A stretch of DNA of 64,000 nt from Escherichia coli (lineage in GTDB: Bacteria; Pseudomonadota; Gammaproteobacteria; Enterobacterales; Enterobacteriaceae). Below the pieces are notes generated by a model. That model had not been told where the DNA came from. It did no database searches and saw only the letters and a program-made list of their open reading frames with translations. Below are positions 1 through 9,514 of the stretch, piece by piece. The stretch lies in assembly GCF_003018255.1 (NCBI RefSeq), contig NZ_CP027440.1. One strand, written 5' to 3'. Made by a program: the position numbers and the translations under genes. The first letter of the stretch is position 1; each line of letters begins with the position of its first letter.

Positions 1-2161
1 TGTTGTCTGGGCGTTGCTTGCCGTCTCACTGGTGCGCCACACCGATGGTACGCCGCTCTATTTTATCGCTCAGATTGAAGACATTAACGAGCTAAAACGC
101 ACCGAACAGGTGAACCAGCAACTGATGGAGCGCATCACGCTGGCTAACGAAGCGGGCGGGATTGGCATCTGGGAGTGGGAGCTAAAGCCGAATATTTTTA
201 GCTGGGATAAGCGGATGTTCGAGCTGTATGAAATTCCTCCGCATATCAAACCGAACTGGCAGGTGTGGTACGAGTGCGTACTGCCGGAAGATCGCCAGCA
301 TGCCGAAAAAGTGATTCGTGATTCGTTGCAATCACGCTCGCCCTTTAAGCTGGAATTTCGCATTGCCGTGAAAGATGGCATCCGCCATATCCGCGCCCTC
401 GCCAACCGGGTACTGAATAAAGAAGGCGAAGTCGAACGCCTGCTCGGCATTAATATGGATATGACCGAAGTGAAACAGCTTAACGAGGCATTGTTTCAGG
501 AAAAAGAGCGCCTGCACATTACGCTGGATTCCATCGGCGAAGCCGTGGTCTGTATTGATATGGCAATGAAAATTACCTTTATGAATCCGGTGGCGGAGAA
601 GATGAGCGGCTGGACGCAGGAAGAAGCGTTAGGTGTTCCGCTCCTGACGGTGTTGCATATTACTTTTGGCGACAACGGACCATTAATGGAGAACATTTAC
701 AGTGCCGACACCTCACGTTCCGCGATTGAACAAGATGTGGTGTTGCACTGTCGGAGCGGCGGCAGCTACGACGTGCATTACAGTATTACGCCGTTAAGTA
801 CTCTGGACGGCAGCAATATAGGCTCGGTTCTGGTGATTCAGGACGTCACCGAATCGCGTAAAATGCTGCGCCAGCTGAGCTACAGCGCCTCCCATGATGC
901 ACTGACGCATCTCGCCAATCGCGCCAGTTTTGAGAAGCAACTACGCATCCTGCTGCAAACGGTAAACAGTACACATCAGCGACATGCACTGGTGTTTATC
1001 GATCTTGATCGCTTTAAAGCGGTGAATGACAGCGCCGGGCACGCCGCTGGCGACGCTTTACTGCGCGAACTGGCGTCATTGATGCTGAGTATGCTGCGCT
1101 CCAGCGACGTGCTGGCGCGACTCGGTGGCGATGAATTTGGTCTGCTGCTGCCAGATTGTAATGTCGAAAGTGCGCGTTTTATCGCTACACGCATTATCAG
1201 CGCCGTGAATGACTATCACTTTATCTGGGAAGGACGTGTACATCGGGTAGGTGCCAGTGCCGGGATTACCTTGATTGATGACAACAATCATCAGGCGGCT
1301 GAAGTGATGTCGCAGGCTGATATCGCCTGTTATGCCTCCAAAAATGGTGGACGGGGCCGGGTGACGGTTTACGAACCGCAGCAAGCTGCCGCACATAGCG
1401 AACGGGCGGTGATGTCGCTTGATGAACAGTGGCGGATGATTAAAGAGAATCAGTTGATGATGATCGCCCACGGTGTCGCTTCGCCGCGGATCCCGGAAGC
1501 GCGTAATTTGTGGCTGATTTCACTTAAGCTCTGGAGTTGCGAAGGCGAGATTATTGATGAACAAACATTTCGTCGTAGCTTCAGCGATCCGGCACTTAGC
1601 CATGCTCTTGACCGACGGGTATTCCACGATTTTTTCCAGCAGGCCGCAAAAGCGATTGCCAGTAAAGGCTTAAGCATCGCCCTCCCCCTTTCCGTTGCCG
1701 GTTTGAGTAGCGCCACGCTGGTGAATGAACTGCTTGAGCAGCTGGAAAATAGCCCTCTACCCCCACGGTTATTACATCTGATTATTCCGGCAGACGCGAT
1801 TTTAGATCACGCAGAAAGCGTGCAAAAACTGCGGCTGGCGGGATGTCGGATCGTATTCAGTCAGGTGGGCCGCGATCTGCAAATCTTCAACTCGCTGAAA
1901 GCGAATATGGCAGATTACCTGCTACTTGATGGTGAGTTATGCGCCAATGTGCAGGGAAATTTGATGGATGAGATGCTGATTACGATCATTCAGGGGCACG
2001 CTCAGCGGCTCGGGATGAAGACCATCGCCGGGCCAGTAGTTTTACCCCTGGTGATGGATACGCTTTCTGGCATCGGCGTCGATCTGATTTATGGCGATGT
2101 GATTGCCGATGCCCAACCGCTGGATTTGCTGGTGAATAGCAGTTATTTCGCGATTAACTGA
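1..2161 (+). CDS. dgcE: Diguanylate cyclase DgcE (YegE), C-terminal portion only; gene begins upstream of the window
   Basis: ORF 14..2161 translation contains PAS-like segments, a GGDEF core (RLGGDEFGLLL) and a C-terminal EAL-like region; open reading frame runs to window edge. Confidence 0.8.
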   Translation, partial: VVWALLAVSLVRHTDGTPLYFIAQIEDINELKRTEQVNQQLMERITLANEAGGIGIWEWELKPNIFSWDKRMFELYEIPPHIKPNWQVWYECVLPEDRQHAEKVIRDSLQSRSPFKLEFRIAVKDGIRHIRALANRVLNKEGEVERLLGINMDMTEVKQLNEALFQEKERLHITLDSIGEAVVCIDMAMKITFMNPVAEKMSGWTQEEALGVPLLTVLHITFGDNGPLMENIYSADTSRSAIEQDVVLHCRSGGSYDVHYSITPLSTLDGSNIGSVLVIQDVTESRKMLRQLSYSASHDALTHLANRASFEKQLRILLQTVNSTHQRHALVFIDLDRFKAVNDSAGHAAGDALLRELASLMLSMLRSSDVLARLGGDEFGLLLPDCNVESARFIATRIISAVNDYHFIWEGRVHRVGASAGITLIDDNNHQAAEVMSQADIACYASKNGGRGRVTVYEPQQAAAHSERAVMSLDEQWRMIKENQLMMIAHGVASPRIPEARNLWLISLKLWSCEGEIIDEQTFRRSFSDPALSHALDRRVFHDFFQQAAKAIASKGLSIALPLSVAGLSSATLVNELLEQLENSPLPPRLLHLIIPADAILDHAESVQKLRLAGCRIVFSQVGRDLQIFNSLKANMADYLLLDGELCANVQGNLMDEMLITIIQGHAQRLGMKTIAGPVVLPLVMDTLSGIGVDLIYGDVIADAQPLDLLVNSSYFAIN

Positions 2162-2174
2162 GGCGTGCTTCTCC

Positions 2175-2265
2175 ATCGCCTGATACGACGCTAACGCGTC
2201 TTATCAGGCCTACAAATCGCTCATTCCCCAGGCCGGATAAGGCGCTCGCACCGCATCCGGCGACC
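2175..2265. repeat. REP (repetitive extragenic palindromic) elements, two units
   Basis: Imperfect palindromes gcctgatacgacgctaacgcgtcttatcaggcctac and gccggataaggcgctcgcaccgcatccggcg between convergent genes. Confidence 0.6.
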
Positions 2266-2269
2266 AACG

Positions 2270-3118
2270 TCATGCTTCGTCTGGTTGCCAGCCTTCCGTA
2301 TACCAGATATGCAACAGCGCATAAGAACGCAAGGGCTTCCAGCGTTCGGCATAACGGCGGATTTGTGCCGGTGTCATTCCCGGAAATCGCTGTTTAATCA
2401 GATAATCATCCGGCAGGAAAACATCTTTCGCCTGCCAGCCGCGCAAGGCGAAATAATTCGCCGTCCAGCGCCCGATACCCGGAAAAGTTTGCAGCGTTTT
2501 CATCGCCTGCTCCACATCGCCCGGTATTGTCATTGGTAAGGTGCCCTCCAGCGCCGCATTTGCCAGATGAATCAGCGCCTCTGCCCGTTTCAACGGCATA
2601 CCTAACGCTTTTAATGCCTGCGGATCTGCTGCTGCCAGCCGCTGAGGCGTGGGGAAGCAGACATAATCCGGAAAATCATCCAGCCTTTCGCCATAAAGCT
2701 GTGCCACTCTGGCGGTCAATTTTGCCGCCATCGCCACGCTCACCAGCTGGCCTAAAATCGCCCGCACGCCCTGCTCAAAAGCATCAACACAACCGGGTAA
2801 ACGCAATCCGGGCCGTGCCGCGCCTAACTTGCCCAACGCACCGTTAACAATCTGCGGGTTACATTGCAGATCAAACAGGCGGCTCATTTTCGCCAGACAC
2901 TCTGCGGCAACGGGTTCTAAACCTGCACTTAAATTTATGTGCAGAGTATGGCTGGCTATATCCGGAATAGCAGTCACCACGCCGCGACATTCGCCCACCG
3001 CCAGACTACGGGCATAATAATCGTCAGCGACCGTTTCCACACCGTTCACCGCACGGGCGGCGAGAAATCCCAACATCCACGACCAGTCATACGGCGGCTG
3101 CCAGTTCAGGGTATACAT
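2270..3118 (-). CDS. alkA: 3-methyladenine DNA glycosylase II
   Basis: 282 aa ORF; translation recognised as AlkA (MYTLNWQPPYDWSWMLGFLAARAV...). Confidence 0.9.
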   Translation of the reverse strand: MYTLNWQPPYDWSWMLGFLAARAVNGVETVADDYYARSLAVGECRGVVTAIPDIASHTLHINLSAGLEPVAAECLAKMSRLFDLQCNPQIVNGALGKLGAARPGLRLPGCVDAFEQGVRAILGQLVSVAMAAKLTARVAQLYGERLDDFPDYVCFPTPQRLAAADPQALKALGMPLKRAEALIHLANAALEGTLPMTIPGDVEQAMKTLQTFPGIGRWTANYFALRGWQAKDVFLPDDYLIKQRFPGMTPAQIRRYAERWKPLRSYALLHIWYTEGWQPDEA

Positions 3119-3251
3119 CGCATCTCCTTGTTAATCCGCTTTCAGCATAAACGTTATTCAGACGCTACGCTTTGCTTTCATATTCCGGTTGTCGCGACGG
3201 CAACATTTCGCTAAAGTCACGCCCCTTCTTCACCGGCATGGGGATTATTTC

Positions 3252-4604
3252 GTGTTTATTGGTTTTGATTACGGTACAGCAAACTGTTCAGTGGCGGTCA
3301 TGCGCGACGGTAAGCCGCAATTACTGAAAATGGAAAACGACAGCACGCTGCTGCCTTCAATGCTTTGCGCGCCAACGCGTGAAGCGGTAAGCGAATGGCT
3401 GTACCGCCATCATGATGTTCCGGCAGACGACGATGAAACGCAGGCGCTGTTGCGTCGGGCGATTCGTTATAACCGCGAAGAAGATATCGATGTTACGGCG
3501 AAAAGCGTGCAGTTCGGTCTTTCCTCACTGGCACAGTACATTGATGATCCAGAAGAGGTGTGGTTTGTGAAATCACCAAAATCATTCCTCGGTGCCAGCG
3601 GCTTAAAACCGCAGCAGGTAGCGCTGTTTGAGGATCTGGTCTGCGCAATGATGTTGCACATTCGCCAGCAGGCGCAGGCGCAGCTGCCGGAGGCAATTAC
3701 TCAGGCGGTGATTGGTCGCCCGATCAACTTCCAGGGGCTGGGCGGCGATGAAGCAAACGCCCAGGCGCAAGGGATTCTGGAACGCGCGGCGAAGCGTGCC
3801 GGGTTTAAGGATGTGGTATTCCAGTACGAGCCGGTCGCGGCTGGGCTGGATTACGAAGCCACCTTGCAGGAAGAAAAACGGGTGCTGGTGGTGGATATCG
3901 GCGGTGGTACGACTGACTGTTCATTGCTGCTGATGGGGCCGCAGTGGCGTTCGCGTCTCGATCGTGAAGCCAGCCTGCTGGGTCACAGTGGTTGCCGTAT
4001 TGGCGGTAACGATCTGGATATCGCACTGGCGTTTAAAAACCTGATGCCGTTACTGGGCATGGGTGGCGAAACCGAAAAAGGCATCGCCCTGCCGATTCTG
4101 CCGTGGTGGAATGCGGTTGCCATCAACGACGTTCCTGCGCAAAGTGATTTCTACAGTAGTGCCAACGGTCGTCTGCTTAACGACCTGGTACGCGATGCCC
4201 GCGAACCGGAAAAAGTGGCCCTGTTACAGAAAGTCTGGCGTCAGCGTTTAAGCTATCGCCTGGTACGTAGCGCAGAAGAGAGCAAAATTGCGCTTTCAAG
4301 CGTAGCGGAAACCCGCGCCTCACTGCCGTTTATCAGCGATGAACTGGCTACGCTGATTAGCCAGCAAGGGCTGGAAAGCGCCCTCAGCCAGCCACTGGCG
4401 CGGATTCTGGAACAGGTGCAACTGGCGCTGGATAACGCCCAGGAAAAACCGGATGTTATCTATCTGACCGGCGGTAGCGCCCGTTCACCGCTGATTAAAA
4501 AAGCGCTGACAGAACAGTTGCCGGGCATTCCGATTGCAGGTGGCGATGACTTTGGCTCCGTCACCGCCGGGCTGGCACGCTGGGCGGAAGTGGTGTTTCG
4601 TTAA
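3252..4604 (+). CDS. yegD: Hsp70/actin-fold ATPase YegD
   Basis: ORF 3189..4604; likely GTG start at 3252 giving 450 aa (VFIGFDYGTANCSVAV...), DnaK-like N-terminal phosphate loop. Confidence 0.8.
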   Translation: MFIGFDYGTANCSVAVMRDGKPQLLKMENDSTLLPSMLCAPTREAVSEWLYRHHDVPADDDETQALLRRAIRYNREEDIDVTAKSVQFGLSSLAQYIDDPEEVWFVKSPKSFLGASGLKPQQVALFEDLVCAMMLHIRQQAQAQLPEAITQAVIGRPINFQGLGGDEANAQAQGILERAAKRAGFKDVVFQYEPVAAGLDYEATLQEEKRVLVVDIGGGTTDCSLLLMGPQWRSRLDREASLLGHSGCRIGGNDLDIALAFKNLMPLLGMGGETEKGIALPILPWWNAVAINDVPAQSDFYSSANGRLLNDLVRDAREPEKVALLQKVWRQRLSYRLVRSAEESKIALSSVAETRASLPFISDELATLISQQGLESALSQPLARILEQVQLALDNAQEKPDVIYLTGGSARSPLIKKALTEQLPGIPIAGGDDFGSVTAGLARWAEVVFR

Positions 4605-4616
4605 TTGAAAACTGGC

Positions 4617-6566
4617 TCAGCAACGGCTTAAATCAGCCTGCGCCTGAGCCAGTTTTTCTGCCGCCTGACGTAGCGGTTCCATCAACGGCATGGTCCGTGC
4701 TGGAGCATGAAGGCGGAATCGCTGCAACTCTGTCGCACCGACATTCAGCGCCGATTCCAGCCGATGTCGTTTGGCGGCCATTTTTGCCATTACCGCTTGT
4801 CTGTCTGCAGGCGTTACCGCTTCGTTCGGCCTGAACACAAAACGGCGTTCACAGCTCGCTTTCCAGTCGATAACCGCCTGGGTCAGATGATCACCAAAAC
4901 CTTTCACTTGCTTAACGCTCCGTCGGGTAACATCCGCTGCTGTTTCAATACCAAAGGACCGTAACGCCGCTTTACGCGCAGGGCCAACGCCGGGAATAGA
5001 GGCAACATCAATAAAAAATCCCTCCAGAAACTTCTGCTTCTGCCGTTCCCTTGCGGTGTCCTGAAGTGCTGCCAGATCGCGCTTTTCTTCTTCCGGTAAC
5101 CCAAGAATTTCGTCCTTCATTTTTTCGAGCATCGTCCGTTTGGCGATAAAACCTTCCAGCCCGCCCAACTGCTGGATCTGGCTGACTAAATGGTCATAGT
5201 CCATTTTCGCGCGATTAAACGCCTCACGGCGTTGCTGGATTTCTGCTTTGTACGCTTTGCTTGTCAGGCTGCCAATAATCCAGATAGCCGCCAGCACAGG
5301 AACCAAAATAATATAACGTGGTTCTGTCTGAAGGCCGCAAAGCAGCAGCGATAACGCTGACAGTGCGATCTCAATCAGAATGATGTATTCACGCCTTAAC
5401 AGGCCTAAAGGAAGCGGCCTGCCAGTCGGTTGGAAATGATCGGGTAATGGTAATTGCAATGCTGGCGGTGCTACTGACGCCATCACCATCGCCCAGACTT
5501 TCGCCAGCACAAAATCACCGCTGGTGGTAATGACCTCTTCGCCGAGATCAATAAAATAGATAACGCCTTGATTATCCAGAGCACACCACGGGCAGTCAGC
5601 CAAATGACCGGGATAAACATGCATTGCCGAAACGGTACATTTCTTTAACTGTTGGCGTAGTAAATCAAGTGCCGCTACCCACGCTTTTGCCGTCGGACGC
5701 CCGGTTGCCACGCCACTTTCCGTGAATGCCTGCTGAAACATGGCTTCAACATCGCCCGGTAACATCGACAGCGGAATAGATCGTGGCGGCGGTTTTAAAC
5801 CACGTCGCTGATTATCTGACGCGTAGGCATAACGGAAATGGGCAATATCCGTCTCCAGTGCATTACCCGCATCAGAGACAAGCGGTACACCGGAATAAGG
5901 ATGCCGCCCACCAAACAAGACGTGAAAAATCAGCAACGCAAGGCCAAAATTATCGTGATTCGCGGTGCGTTCAAAGCCGACAAATGATGGCAAGGTTTGT
6001 TGCTCTGGCGGCGTAAAATGCGACACGCCGACTTCGCATAAATGCAGCGTGCCATTGGCGTTAATCTGAAAGGAGTCGCTATCAATCAACACCACTTTGC
6101 TGTCGCGACCTACCATAAAGCTGTTCTGGTTTACGTCACCCACGACGTGCCCGTGCTCGTGAATCGTAGCAAAAGATGAAGCAATATTGCGCGCAACATA
6201 GAGTAGAAAATCCCACGCACAATGAGGGTAACGTTGACGACGATGTGCCGGGCTATAGATCATATGAATCGGTTCTTTACCAGAAACTTTTGGCATCATA
6301 AAACCGATTACTTTTCCGCCTCGTCCACCGTGAAGCGTTGCCTGCGGCCAGGCGACATAATTCAACAACTGCGCGTCAGCTGTCGCAGCCATAAAGGCAA
6401 GTTTGTCCTGTTTTAAGGCGGGTGGCGGCGTGTGATAAATCTTGGCGACGCTATCGACAAACTCCTCGATATCATAAACCGCGCCTTCACCGCCTTTGCC
6501 CAGTTCACAGCCTGGCGTAACGCACTCACCAGTAGCAGTATATAAAGTGGGTTTCATGGTAACCAC
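4617..6566 (-). CDS. yegI: Ser/Thr protein kinase-like membrane protein YegI
   Basis: 649 aa ORF; N-terminal kinase-like domain, central hydrophobic segments, C-terminal helix-hairpin-helix-like region; start overlaps stop of upstream yegK. Confidence 0.8.
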   Translation of the reverse strand: MVTMKPTLYTATGECVTPGCELGKGGEGAVYDIEEFVDSVAKIYHTPPPALKQDKLAFMAATADAQLLNYVAWPQATLHGGRGGKVIGFMMPKVSGKEPIHMIYSPAHRRQRYPHCAWDFLLYVARNIASSFATIHEHGHVVGDVNQNSFMVGRDSKVVLIDSDSFQINANGTLHLCEVGVSHFTPPEQQTLPSFVGFERTANHDNFGLALLIFHVLFGGRHPYSGVPLVSDAGNALETDIAHFRYAYASDNQRRGLKPPPRSIPLSMLPGDVEAMFQQAFTESGVATGRPTAKAWVAALDLLRQQLKKCTVSAMHVYPGHLADCPWCALDNQGVIYFIDLGEEVITTSGDFVLAKVWAMVMASVAPPALQLPLPDHFQPTGRPLPLGLLRREYIILIEIALSALSLLLCGLQTEPRYIILVPVLAAIWIIGSLTSKAYKAEIQQRREAFNRAKMDYDHLVSQIQQLGGLEGFIAKRTMLEKMKDEILGLPEEEKRDLAALQDTARERQKQKFLEGFFIDVASIPGVGPARKAALRSFGIETAADVTRRSVKQVKGFGDHLTQAVIDWKASCERRFVFRPNEAVTPADRQAVMAKMAAKRHRLESALNVGATELQRFRLHAPARTMPLMEPLRQAAEKLAQAQADLSRC

Positions 6567-7315
6567 AGCGCCAGTGCCAACGTTTTATCATCATCGGTAC
6601 GCTCGTTTACCGCCGGGCCGGACAAAAACTGCTTTAACAATTCAGGTAATAAATCGAGTTGTTCCTGCGTTGCTGACGCCAGCCCATTGAAAAACGGGGT
6701 AAAGAAAGGCACATGCGGAGAATTATCCAGCATATTTAACGCCAGCCGCTGGATACCATCCGTAAATGCTGCAACTTTGTGCGCACGCTCAGTGCTGGTG
6801 AAAGTTTCCAGTCTGGAAACGGCATCTTCATCGGTAATGAAGTGCGTCATATTGGTATATTCACCCACCATCGGCGTGAGCGGCAGTTGCAAACCGTGCC
6901 CCAAATCTACCACCACGCCGCCATCGCCAATCTGCATAATCAAGGTGCCATTAGCTGATGAAATCAATCCCAAAAACGTGCAGGCAAAATCGCGAACCGC
7001 TAATTCTTTGGCTTCCGCCTCGGCAAAAAGTCGCTGACGAATGGTCAGCACAATGTCCGTTGCGAGAACATCATTAAGCCCCAATTCCCCGCCCTGCACT
7101 TTTTGCGACATATAAGCCATCGCTTCATTGACGGCGAGCATCGCACCTTCGCCTCCCTGCGAGGCGCTACCTGCGCCATCAGCGACAAATACCGACAATA
7201 ATGGCTGCTGGTCATTTAACCAGGCAACCTGCATCTGGCAGGCATCCTGGCAAGGCAAGTCCGCGCTGATGTGCGACGTTCCAACGGTTGATGCATAGAC
7301 CAGACGCCAGCTCAC
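6554..7315 (-). CDS. yegK: PP2C-family Ser/Thr protein phosphatase YegK (PphC)
   Basis: 253 aa ORF with PP2C-like metal-binding motifs (VADGAGS, FTDGI); overlaps yegL stop by 4 nt. Confidence 0.75.
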   Translation of the reverse strand: MSWRLVYASTVGTSHISADLPCQDACQMQVAWLNDQQPLLSVFVADGAGSASQGGEGAMLAVNEAMAYMSQKVQGGELGLNDVLATDIVLTIRQRLFAEAEAKELAVRDFACTFLGLISSANGTLIMQIGDGGVVVDLGHGLQLPLTPMVGEYTNMTHFITDEDAVSRLETFTSTERAHKVAAFTDGIQRLALNMLDNSPHVPFFTPFFNGLASATQEQLDLLPELLKQFLSGPAVNERTDDDKTLALALWLP

Positions 7316-7971
7316 ACTGACGTCCAGCCTTTTGGCGCTTCCAGCACAACTTCCGTTCCCGGCGTGGAGCGGGAAACCGAACGCAGCGAACTGGATAACC
7401 AGCTAAATAGTTCGCGGAATTGTAATCCTTGAAGAGGCAAAGGCTGACGAACGCTGATTTGGGCCAGCGTCTTCATATCCGCCCCCTGAACACCGATGGA
7501 AAAGAAGGCAAACTTCTTATCTTCTTCCCCCTGAAACACCTTGTTGGCAGCAGCCTGCCACTCATCGGTTGGTGCGCCATCGGTAATCAGGAAAATCCAC
7601 GGACGATAATAGGAAATACCATTGGCGCGATACTCACGTTTGCGCTCCTCAACCATATCCAGGGCTTTGGTAATGGCGGCCCCCATTGGTGTATCGCCCT
7701 GGGCAAACAGGATGGGCGGGAAAAAATTAGCGGCGCTGGTAAATGGTTGTTCCACATGCACCGGGCCGAACGTCACAATGCCGAGTTCCACTCTTTTTAA
7801 GGCCAGCGGATCGGCAAGCAGCTCATCGCGAAAGGTAACCAATCCGGCGTTAAGTTCATTAATAGGTCTACCGTTCATAGAACCAGAAACATCCAACAGC
7901 AAAATGCAGGGGCAACGTGGTTCCGGGTTACTGGCAAAATCGCTGGTGGCAAACGTGATTTGTTCGCTCAT
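7312..7971 (-). CDS. yegL: von Willebrand factor A domain protein YegL
   Basis: 219 aa ORF with MIDAS motif DVSGSM and downstream TDG. Confidence 0.8.
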   Translation of the reverse strand: MSEQITFATSDFASNPEPRCPCILLLDVSGSMNGRPINELNAGLVTFRDELLADPLALKRVELGIVTFGPVHVEQPFTSAANFFPPILFAQGDTPMGAAITKALDMVEERKREYRANGISYYRPWIFLITDGAPTDEWQAAANKVFQGEEDKKFAFFSIGVQGADMKTLAQISVRQPLPLQGLQFRELFSWLSSSLRSVSRSTPGTEVVLEAPKGWTSV

Positions 7972-8152
7972 AAGAAATCCTTTCTTAGAGAATTATTGAG
8001 GCCCGGTATCATACCGACTGCAACAATGAAATAAGAGCAAACGAAGAAACTTTCAGAATTAGGCCCGGCGGCGCAGAAAATTTTGCTATTCGCCTCGCAA
8101 GAACGGAGAGCCGTCGATTGACACTAAGGGCGGAGTGACATAATTTCAGGAG

Positions 8153-8300
8153 TGAGGGTTAGGGAGAGGTTTCCCCCTCCCCCTGGTGTTCTTAGTAAGC
8201 CTGGAAGCTAATCACTAAGAGTATCACCAGTATGATGACGTGCTTCATCATAACCCTTTCCTTATTAAAAGCCCTCTTCTCCGGGAGAGGGTTTCCCGTT
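8153..8300 (+). ncRNA. sibA: Sib antisense RNA antitoxin, copy 1 (boundaries approximate)
   Basis: Plus-strand -35 ttgaca 8118-8123, 17 bp spacer, -10 taattt 8141-8146; transcript fully covers ibs ORF; hairpin plus T tract near 8268-8303. Confidence 0.55.
8192..8251 (-). CDS. ibsA: Ibs type I toxin, 19 aa hydrophobic peptide (MMKHVIILVILLVISFQAY)
   Basis: Reverse complement of 8192..8251 reads ATGATGAAGCACGTCATCATACTGGTGATACTCTTAGTGATTAGCTTCCAGGCTTACTAA; SD-like ggaaaggg upstream. Confidence 0.8.
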   Translation of the reverse strand: MMKHVIILVILLVISFQAY

Positions 8301-8487
8301 TCAGCGTCCCGCTGAAATCGTCGGCTTACCTCCTTTCGCCCTGAATGCAGTCTATCGCTAACGCGTGAACAAAATAGTTTCCTCTGTGATTATTGCGTAA
8401 CGACTCGCAAAGAATATTTGCTGGCAGGATCGCAGACTACAAAGCCTGCGGATTGACAATCTTATCGTGAAGGCATAATTTCAGGAG

Positions 8488-8630
8488 TGAGGGTAGAGCG
8501 GGGTTTCCCCCGCCCTGGTAGTCTTAGTAAGCTGGCCAGCTAATAACTAAGAGCACCACGATGATGAGTAGCTTCATCATGACCCTTTCCTTATTTAAGG
8601 CCCCTTCCTCGGGAGGGGCTTTCCCGTTTC
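8488..8630 (+). ncRNA. sibB: Sib antisense RNA antitoxin, copy 2 (approximate)
   Basis: ttgaca 8453-8458, 17 bp spacer, taattt 8476-8481; hairpin ggccccttcctcgggaggggct followed by ttcccgtttc. Confidence 0.55.
8524..8580 (-). CDS. ibsB: Ibs type I toxin, 18 aa (MMKLLIIVVLLVISWPAY)
   Basis: Reverse complement of 8524..8580 gives ATGATGAAGCTACTCATCATCGTGGTGCTCTTAGTTATTAGCTGGCCAGCTTACTAA. Confidence 0.8.
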   Translation of the reverse strand: MMKLLIIVVLLVISWPAY

Positions 8631-8815
8631 AGCGTCCCGCTGAAATCGGCGGCCTACCTCCTTTCGCCATGCAAGCAGTCTATCGCTAACTTGCAGATAA
8701 AATAGTTTCACATGTGATTATTGCGTAACGTCTCGCAAAGAATATTTGCTGGCAGGATCGCAGACTACAAAGCCTGCGGATTGACAATCTAATTGTGAAG
8801 GCATACTTTCAGGAG

Positions 8816-8957
8816 TGAGGGTAGAGCGGGGTTTCCCCCGCCCTGGTAGTCTTAGTAAGCCGGGAAGCTTATGACTAAGAGCACCACGATGATGATCCAC
8901 TTCATCATGACCCTTTCCTTATTTAAGGCCCCTTCCTCGGGAGGGGCTTTCCCGTTT
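8816..8957 (+). ncRNA. Sib-family antisense RNA, copy 3 (approximate)
   Basis: ttgaca 8781-8786, 17 bp spacer, -10-like tacttt 8804-8809; terminator hairpin ending near 8957. Confidence 0.5.
8852..8908 (-). CDS. Ibs-family type I toxin, 18 aa (MMKWIIIVVLLVISFPAY)
   Basis: Reverse complement of 8852..8908 gives ATGATGAAGTGGATCATCATCGTGGTGCTCTTAGTCATAAGCTTCCCGGCTTACTAA. Confidence 0.75.
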   Translation of the reverse strand: MMKWIIIVVLLVISFPAY

Positions 8958-9143
8958 CAGCGTCCCGCTGAAATCATCGGCTTACCTCCTTTCGCCCTGA
9001 ATGCAGTCTATCGCTGACTTGCGGATAAAATAGTTTCACATGTGATTATTGCGTGACGTCTCGCAAAGAATATTTGCTGGCAGGATCGCAGACTGCAAAG
9101 CCTGCGGATTGACAATCGGACCGTGAAGGCATACTTTCAGGAG

Positions 9144-9287
9144 TGAGGGTAGAGCGGGGTTTCCCCCGCCCTGGTAGTCTTAGTAAGCTGGGTAGCTAAC
9201 GACTAAGAGCACCACGATGATGAGTATCTTCATCATGACCCTTTCCTTATTTAAGGCCCCTTCCTCGGGAGGGGCTTGCCCGTTTCA
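9144..9287 (+). ncRNA. Sib-family antisense RNA, copy 4 (approximate)
   Basis: ttgaca 9109-9114, 17 bp spacer, tacttt 9132-9137; terminator hairpin ending near 9286. Confidence 0.5.
9180..9236 (-). CDS. Ibs-family type I toxin, 18 aa (MMKILIIVVLLVVSYPAY)
   Basis: Reverse complement of 9180..9236 gives ATGATGAAGATACTCATCATCGTGGTGCTCTTAGTCGTTAGCTACCCAGCTTACTAA. Confidence 0.75.
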   Translation of the reverse strand: MMKILIIVVLLVVSYPAY

Positions 9288-9444
9288 GCGTCCCGCTGAA
9301 ATCGTCGGCCTACCTCCTTTTGCCCTGAATGCAGTCTATCGCTAACGCGTAGATAAAATAGTTTCCTGTGTTATTACTGGATGGGTGCTCGCAAATGTGC
9401 CCGCCATTCAGACGATTCCCGATAGTGTTTCATAATTCCTCCAT

Positions 9445-9462
9445 TTTTCTCCCTGATTGGCT
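9445..9462 (+). promoter_or_regulatory. BaeR response-regulator binding box in mdtA promoter
   Basis: tttttctccctgattggc resembles the BaeR box consensus as recalled (TTTTTCTCCATDATTGGC); about 55 bp upstream of mdtA start. Confidence 0.5.
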
Positions 9463-9514
9463 GGCTACACTAGTATCATTCCGCGAATCGTTTCAGGAAG
9501 AGAAACTCTTAACG

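Larger units (their letters stand above)
8110..9350. repeat. Tandem array of four ~330 bp Ibs/Sib type I toxin-antitoxin repeat units
   Basis: Four near-identical units, each with ttgaca promoter (8118, 8453, 8781, 9109), cttagtaag...catcat toxin ORF on the minus strand, and GC hairpin plus T tract. Confidence 0.85.

Noticed and set aside
6554-6566. Possible missing small gene between yegI and yegK
   Set aside because: The two genes overlap directly here; I am not certain enough of the reference gene order to claim a deletion.
8110-9350. Possible CRISPR array suggested by regularly spaced repeats
   Set aside because: Repeat unit is ~330 bp with internal promoter, small ORF and terminator; no short direct repeats with unique spacers and no cas genes. 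It is an Ibs/Sib array.
9368-9514. N-terminal 49 aa extension of the mdtA ORF in the track
   Set aside because: Extension covers the BaeR-regulated promoter region; the ATG at 9515 gives the typical signal-anchor N-terminus.
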